Part shown: piece after piece, positions 56,299-64,000 of the stretch
How the letters are laid out: the number at the start of each line of letters is the position of its first letter
How positions within the stretch are numbered: the stretch's first letter is position 1
Origin: the human T2T-CHM13v2.0 reference genome, Homo sapiens
DNA length: 64,000 bases
Assembly (NCBI RefSeq): GCF_009914755.1
Contig: NC_060947.1
Direction: 5' to 3' (one strand)
Made by a program: the position numbers and the translations under genes
The notes under the pieces: generated by a model
What the model saw: only the letters and a program-made list of their open reading frames with translations
Databases searched by the model: none
What the model was told of the DNA's origin: nothing

Positions 56299-57834
56299 AT
56301 TTATATAGCTCATGATTCTGAGGATTGGTTGAGTCCCATGGTGTCTTTGAAACTCTAGTCTGAGACTTTGCTATACTGTATATAGTTTGGAGACGTGTTG
56401 AGCCATCAGCAGGTGAGGTGCTCCATAGCCACCAGGAGTACTGTAGTTCATGAGCAGAGACTCAGAAACCCTTGACTGGACCGCCGCCCTCACTCAGTCT
56501 TGAAATATCGTTTGTTTTTATTCCCCACCCCTTCCACACTTACCCATCCACTGACACTCTTTGGGCAGGAACCTGGATTTACAGAAAACATCCAGAAACC
56601 TCTTGAAGGAACAAGAATGACCCTCCTGCATCTTAAAGGTAATCACAAAAGCTGAACTCGGAGAATTTTTTTCCTACTGCTTCTGCTGAAATTTTTTGAT
56701 GCTGGAAGGCATTTATTCAGCTTTTATTATTTTCTTATTAAAGAATATTTAATCTTACTAGTGGGTTGCTGTGGGTGGTGATCACTTCAGAGGGAAGAAA
56801 AAGAAATCCAAGCATATTTCTGTGGAAAAAATACGTGTTAACCATTATATGATGGTACATTATTTAGGGTTAATATACAGTTCAGGAAAGAACATAAGAG
56901 AATAGCTTCCAAACCATACAGAAAGCAAAATCAACTCTGTGTAAACCATACCCTGTATTAACAAACTCTGAGCTGTGTTATCTTGGAAACCAGATTGATT
57001 TTCTGGTGGACATTTTTTCTGAATTAACTTATTGTTTATAAAGTACCCTGGAGCTACAAAGTAACATTGGTTATACAATGGATCAGAAATTCTCTTGACC
57101 TACAATGTTGAAGGCTCAAAAAAGAAGGCCCAAGAGAACTAAGAGAGGGCCTTGGAATGTTTACCTTGTAAGTACCAAGGCCAGAATCTTGAAGAAAACA
57201 TATAAATGACACTGCCATTAAACAAATCACAGTTTAGTAAAATGTTAATCTAAGTTTGTCCTACCATTTGCTATGGTAGAACAATCCCTTTAGTTTAACT
57301 GCCCCAGGAAACAATACTCTGTCTGTGATAGACTGGTTATTTCTTAATGTCTTCATGATCTGTGAAATGGAAAATAATAATAGTAATAGTAATAGTAATA
57401 ATACCCCCTTCATGAGGTTGTTTTGAGTATTGCATGAAGTAACACATAAAAATGTGTAGCCCAGTGACTGGTACTTAATACTAGCTAACACTCAGAGTCA
57501 TGATGAGTATTACTGCTAGTAGGCATCATAATGCATGTAAGAACATGTGTTTTTAAATTTGATATAATTGAATTTAAATGCCAATTGCTTTTTTAAAAAC
57601 ATAAGTAGCAACACATCCTTGGGTATATCACCATAAAATTGTGATAATATTACCTGTCTTATATAGTTGCTATGAGGCTTAACTGGAATTACTTACAAAA
57701 ATAATTGAACACAGTGTCTGGCACATGGAAATTAATGAATGAATGATAGCTCTTATTACTCTTTGGAACTTCTATAGTATCTAGAGAGATATGTTTGGTC
57801 TGTGCCATACCTGATGGTATGCAAAAACAAGCCA

Positions 57835-58322
57835 CTGTGCCTCAGGATTTGCGGTAATTGTGGGCTGAGTCAGCTCAGGTCCTCCTAGAAGATGGGATTA
57901 GATGTAAAATGACTTATTGGGAGAGGCTCATTTTGATGGATAAATGGGCAGTAAGCAAGAGTAGGCAGAGAGAACCTTCAGAGTGGGAGGCAGGTCTGAC
58001 TCCTGTGGAAAGAGAGAGGAAGGAAGGAAGGGTGGGTAGGGAGAGACTCTGATGGCAGTGCAGCTCTGAGAAAGTCTCACCCAGGCTGATGGGGAGCCCC
58101 AGAGCACAGACTGCACATAGGAGAGGTTCCCTGTCAGGCAGGAATAGCCCAGCTCTAGTTCTCTCACTGTACTTTGCCACTGGCCTGGGGTAAGCACAAC
58201 CTTGGCATGGGTGCCACGGTGGATCTGAAGGTTTTGCAGCTGTAGACTGTCAGCAAATGATGCTCCTCCTCTGAGCAGGGCTCTTGAAAGGAGATCTGAA
58301 TGCCGTACCTCTATGGCCACCG
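57835..58322 (-). mobile_element. Old ERVL-type LTR (LTR16/LTR40-like)
   Basis: 'gcaggtctgactcctgtggaaagagag', 'cagtgcagctctgagaaagtctc', 'ggagatctgaatgccgtacctctatggccac'. Confidence 0.45.
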
Positions 58323-58867
58323 AAAGGTGCCAAGTTAAGCAGCATCCCAGTCAGAATTATCTTTGTTCATATTAGTTAGGGCTGGTTTGGGCCAAGCCCT
58401 CATAACAGACCCTTTCTAAATGTGAAATTGAATAGAATTTTTTAAAAATAAGAAATACTGCATGGAGTATTTATAGAGAACAATTGAGGCACTTAATTGA
58501 AAAACTATGATATTATGAAAAATTAACAGTTTTCATTTAGAGAAAAGTAACACAGGTGCCAACTTGTCCTGTTTGATTCCTGGAAGGAAGACAGACCCTA
58601 CATTTCTTTTCTATATGTAATTGAAAAAAAAAACTGGAGATTTTAAGTGACATCTTTAGTTATGAAGTTTCAATAATTCATTCTGGTGTCTATTCCTAAT
58701 TGCACTGATCAGATTTATTTAAACTTTCTGTTTTAGAGGGATCTCAGGAATATAATAGTAGAGGTAGAGTGGAGGAATATAGCCAGTCTACATTTACCTC
58801 TTATTTCTACTTCTACAAAACCTTTGTGTTTTCCATGTGTCCTTTGTATTTTCCTCATATTTTGTGA

Positions 58868-59383
58868 TGTCAGGGAGGGAACTCTTTTCCTGTACCCTGT
58901 TAGGTTTAGTGACTGGGGCCGATGAACTAAACTGACAAGAGACAGATAAGGAAGAGAAAAGACAGTTTTTGATCACCAACATGCATGTGCATATGGGAGT
59001 TCACAAAGAAATACGACTCAAAGAGGCAGTTCGAATTTGGAGCTTATACACCATCTTAATAGGGGAAGGGGAGAGAGAGAAAGGATATTTATCGAAAAAC
59101 AAATGACTTTTTCTTGGAAAGATAAATAAGCCCTTAGGAGAATAAATGGGAGATATGAGCGTTTCTCTGACAATATCTGTTTAGCTGTGGTGTGGAGACT
59201 TCTCAATCTCTGATGATAAGAGTCAGTCTTCCCCAGTTTCTCACAAGAAGAGGATTTATGACAGTTGAGTTCTTCTGAGTTCTTTGGGAAGCTCTACTTT
59301 TAGGCAGATAAGGGATTTTAGAAATTCAAATGTCTTCTCAAAATAATTTTTTATGCTACAGAGACATACTCTGAACCCCTTCA
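58868..59383. mobile_element. Solo ERV1 LTR (MER31/MER67-like)
   Basis: tg...ca termini with 4-bp TSD gtga at 58864-58867 and 59384-59387. Confidence 0.65.
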
Positions 59384-60899
59384 GTGACATGGATACTGAA
59401 ATATTGGTTTGCCACACAATTTGAGGGCCCAGAACAAAGGTAGTGCGTAAAGCTCACTAATACTACTGGTATTACCTTGCCAGTTCAGTGTTTACTTACT
59501 GGAAATAATTTAATAGTGGTGGAAAACAATCCAGAGGAGCCCATAAGTGGCATTTGCTGATGGCATAGGTCCTGGAAACACCTTATTGGAAAGAAAAAAA
59601 ATTACAACTTTTCTAATCAGAATATTACCATAATAAGGAAAAGAAATTGGAATTGAGGGAATGGGAAAGGGGAGAGAAAGTATGAACAGTATCAGACAGG
59701 AAATTTCAGAGCCAAGAAATAACAGGTTTGTGGCTGGATAAACTGACTGCTTAAGAAAAGCCAACAGGGGTGAACCAATGAAAATGTCACATGACTAGGG
59801 AATTGACAGGGCTAGTAAAATCAGCAGCAGGCCTGAAGAAATTAAACCTTGGCAGTCCAGGCAGAGACCATGATCACAGTTGCTATGACCCATTCTGAAT
59901 TTTCTACCTGAGTTGAAAATGAGGTGAGAGTGAAAACAAAAGTTGATGTTTACACTGCTGGTATCCTATGGAATCATTGTAGAGTTTTTGATGAAAAACA
60001 ATGTAAGTTCTGTTGTTTTTATTTTTTATTTTTTAAAAGATGAGCATCTCTGAAAGGCAAGGGCAACAGGATTACATACTAGATAAGTTTGCTGATATAA
60101 TTTTGCCTTTGGCCAGAGTAATGCAGGACTAAATAGTGGACTCAAACTTTTGTTAAGAGTGTGTTTGAGGTTCTGCTAGAGGTTGGTAATTACTTGATAC
60201 CATTGACTAAACAATACTCCTATACTATCTGGGAATCGATCCTCTTTGAACAAATGGGTATATTCAATACTATTTTTTGCACCATTGTTTTTAATGACAA
60301 AAAATCTGTAAATAATCTGAGCATATATCAATAGAGAAATTATTGAATAAATTGTATTATATTTATACTATGCAGCTATTAAGAATGAGTTAGATCAATA
60401 CTTACTGACCTTGAGAGATATCTATGAAGAAAAAAATACCATGATGTTAAAAAATATTCCAAAATTACACCTGAGAGACTTTGAAACTTCTTTTGTTTAT
60501 GATTTGAACCATATATGAATCCATCTGGTTGATAATAAAAAGCAAATTATTAAATTATAGTTCTTTCAATTTAGCTAGTAGATAGCACTTATCTTGTGTT
60601 TGGCACACTTTTCTCTGCCTCAACATAGCTGAAATAATCTTGAGAAAATAGTATTATAATAGTATAATAATAAAATTACTACTTTTTAAAAGTTAAAGGA
60701 GTAAGTAGATTTGGGGTGGTAAAAGGTGGAGTAATAAATGTGCTAAATTGTTTGTTTACAGTTAGGTACTTTAAAAAATGTTTAAATTCGAGACGAAAAG
60801 CAAAGATGTTTTATACTTCTTTTTGAGTAGTAGGAGAAGAGATAGAGAAGCAAAAGTGATCAATGTAAAAGGTGTAGAATTGCCTATATGACTTCATAT

Positions 60900-61504
60900 T
60901 GATACGGCTCCCATGAATGGAGGAACACTAGGGTTCTTGATCCTCATGCCAGTTTAGATAAAATGACACGGACACACATGGAGTGGTTTTAAGGAGCGGA
61001 GAGTTTAATAGGCAAGAAAGAAGGAAGAAGAAAGAAGGAAGAACTCCCCTCCCCCCGTACAGAGACAGAGGGAAGGGGGCTCCAAAGCCGAGAGAGGAGA
61101 TCCCAAGTGCCACAGATACCAGCCAGTTTTGTGAGTAGGCTGGAGGAGGTGGTGTCTGATTTGCATAGGGCTCTGGGGATTGGTTTGACCAGGCATGTCA
61201 TTCACGTAGCCCTCGAAAAAGCTGGCCCTCCCACCCTAGCCTTTTAATATGCAAATACAGGGCACCAGGATGTTCTACACACGTGGGGATATGTGGGGGC
61301 TGTCATGTTGCCAGGAACATGTGGGGCAAGGACAAGAAGGCCTGGGGGGATCGCCGTGATTGAGTGGACCATTTCTAATGGCTTGCATTTGCATATCAAA
61401 GGTTGCTGGCCTGGCTCTAAGAGCTGCTTTAAAAAGGAAAAGTTTCCAAGGACCACTTTTCCTCTCTATCTGCCTAAAATAATTTCTTAATAACTCCTAC
61501 AACA
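60900..61504 (-). mobile_element. Solo ERV1 LTR, MER61-like
   Basis: Reverse strand starts tgttgtaggagttattaagaaattattttaggcagatag; tg...ca termini; 4-bp TSD atat at 60896-60899 and 61505-61508. Confidence 0.75.
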
Positions 61505-62748
61505 ATATGTGTATAGAGCATTGCAGTTTTAAAGACATTTTCACATCTAGCTCCCTACGTGTCAGAGAGCTGGATATATGCCTGCCATTTCACAGAAAAA
61601 AAAAGCATAATGTCTCTGAGTGCCGGCTAAATTGGACAATTGATAAAATCTGTATGTGGAGTCAGTCAAGAGAAAATTAAGGTTTTCTTCATTGGAGTTT
61701 GGAATTGAGATATTCTTCAGTGTAAATAAATACATGAGCTGCGCTGTGGATGAACTCACAGCTCTCCTGTATTTTACAGAGGCTCTGAGAGATTTGGAAG
61801 CAGAATGAGGATGGAGTAGAAGGGATACCATCTGGGTTGTGATGCAAGTTAAGAGGAAAGAGCAGAGGACTTGGGGTATAGAGGTCACAGATGAATTACA
61901 GTGATGATTATGATGAGTCTGGGTACAGAACTCCCACTTCTGGTAAGGTTGGACTAGTTAATTAAGACTAGCCCTCCTGCTGAAGACAGCTAAGAAAAGC
62001 TGACACATATACATGAACACAAACATACACACACACACACATATTTCGTATTAAAATGATATTCTCAAAAGTGCCAGATAAGTTAGCTAAAATTTAAAAA
62101 AAAAAAAATGGAGTGGAGAATTACTGGGCCAGAAACCACAGGAAGATAGATTCTCAGGGAGTGAGGCAGGGTTTGGGGCCAGTTTTCCCTTGGGATAGCT
62201 GTCATTTCCTTAGCAGGTGACTAAGAACCTAAAAGGTTGAATGCTGCTTTTGATAGCATTATAAGTGTAGAGATACAGGGTTTGACATTCAGGGCTCTCT
62301 GAGGCCTTAGTACCATAGGTCTATATCCTAGGAGTAAGGGTATACCTGATACAAGCTTTCACGAATACTGTAGTTCAACTCATGTTCAATCCCTAAGTGG
62401 ATTGCAGTGATACTGAATGAGCTTAATCCTCCGATAAAGGCAGAAGCAAAGGAAAATCTACTTTGGAGGAGGCTAATAGTTTCTTAGGCCTCACATAATT
62501 TCTATGAATATTTTATAAATACAATGTCTGGCAAACAAAATTTAGCCAGATGCATAAGAGACAAGATCACCTAAAAGAAAACCAGCAGAAACAACAGATA
62601 AGGAATAATCAAATACACAGCTTAAAATACTTTTTACTGTGCTCAGAGACAGAAATTAAAATTGAGAAAATAGGCATATAATTGGAAATATGTAAAAGAA
62701 TGAAAAATAAAGTTCAGAAATGAAAAACACAACAAAAAATTAAGAACT

Positions 62749-64000
62749 GGTGGCTGGCAAGATGGCCAAATAGGAACAGCTCTGGTCTGCAGCTCCCAGT
62801 GAGATCAATGCAGAAAGCAGGTGATTTCTGCATTTCCAACTGAGGTACCCAGCTCATCTCATTGGGACTGCTTAGACAGTGGGTGCAGCCCACAGAGGGC
62901 AAGCCAAAGCAGGGTGGGGTATCACCTCACCCAGGAAGCACAGGGGTCAGAAAACTCCTTCCCCTAGCCAAGGGAAGCCGTGAAGGACTGTGCTGTGAGG
63001 AACAGTGCACTCTGGCCCAGATTCTAACCTTTTCCCATGGACTTCACAACTCGCAGATCAGGAGATTCCCTCGGGTGCCTATGCCACCATGGACCTGGGT
63101 TTCAAGCACAAAACTGGGCAGCTATTTGGGCACACACTGGGCTAGCTGCAGGAGTTTTTTTTTTTTTTTCATACCCCAGTGGTGCCTGGAATGCCAGTGA
63201 GACAGAACCATTCACTCCTCTGGAAAGAAGGCTGAAGGCAGGCAGCCAAGTGCTCTAGTTCAGGAGATCCCACCCCTCGGAGCCCAGCAAGCTAAGATCC
63301 ACTGGCTTGAAATTCGCGCCACCAGCACAGCAGTCTGAAGTTTACCTGGGACACTCAAGCTTGGTGGGGGAGGGGCATCTGCCATTACTAAGGCTTCAGT
63401 AGGCAGTTTTCCCCTCACAGTGTAAACAAAGCCACCAGGATGTTTCAACTGGGCAGAGCCCACCACAGCTCAGCAAAGCCACTGTAGCCAGGCTGCCTCT
63501 CTAGATTCCCCCTCTCTGGGCAGAGCATCTCTGAAAGAAAGGCAGCAGCTACAGTCAGAGGTTTATAGATAAAACTCCCATCTCCCTGGGACAGAGCACC
63601 TGGGGGAAGGGGCAGCTGTTGGGTCAGCTTCAGCAGACTTAAACATTCCTGCCTGCTGGCTCTGAAGAGAGCAGCAGATCTCCCAGCAGAGCGCTCAAGC
63701 TCTGCTAAGGGACAGACTGCCTCCTCAAGTGGGTCGCTGACCCCCATGCCTCCTGAGTGGGAGACACATCCCAGCAGGGGTCAACAGACATCTCATATAG
63801 GAGAGCTCCGGCTGGCACCTGGTGGGTGTCCCTCTGGAAAGAAGCTTCCAGAGGAAGGATCAGGCAGCAATCTTTGCTGTTCTGCAGGCTCCACTGGTGA
63901 TACCCAGGCAACACTCCAGCAAACTTTGGCAGACCTGCAGCAGAGGGGCCTGACTGTTAGGAGGAAAACTAACAAACAGAAAGAAATAGCATCAACATCA
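62749..64000 (+). mobile_element. 5' end (5'UTR) of an L1PA7/8-like LINE-1, running off the window
   Basis: 'ggtggctggcaagatggccaaataggaacagctctggtctgcagctcccag...catttccaactgaggtacc' through 'gacctgcagcagaggggcctgactgttag'. Confidence 0.88.
62758..62767 (+). promoter_or_regulatory. YY1 site of the L1 internal promoter
   Basis: caagatggcc at about +10 of the L1 5'UTR, the canonical position. Confidence 0.7.

Overview
Repeat-dense, AT-rich primate genomic DNA, almost certainly human or great ape: it carries an SVA, AluY, L1PA3 and a HERV-H LTR7. I can support no protein-coding gene, RNA gene or CRISPR array. The listed ORFs are L1 or SVA fragments or chance frames, so the window looks intergenic or deep-intronic. 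Bases 1-9350 are a nest of L1 elements. The rest is a mosaic of LTRs (LTR7, MER50-, MER61-, MER31-, LTR16-like, MLT1, MST), Alus, DNA transposons (MER1B, MER2, MER58), MIR/L2, one full-length young SVA and the 5' end of an L1PA7/8-like element. I do not see a new biological system. The interesting signals are footprints of retrotransposition mechanisms: (1) an old TSD-bounded L1MA whose 5'UTR is joined to the end of ORF1 at an apparent splice junction; (2) an SVA with a 45-bp unique 5' extension inside its TSD; (3) a twin-primed L1PA3 whose TSD nearly matches the internal priming site; (4) an intact solo LTR7; (5) several local duplications. Subfamily names come from recalled consensus sequences, not a database search. 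Coordinates of old repeats are approximate.
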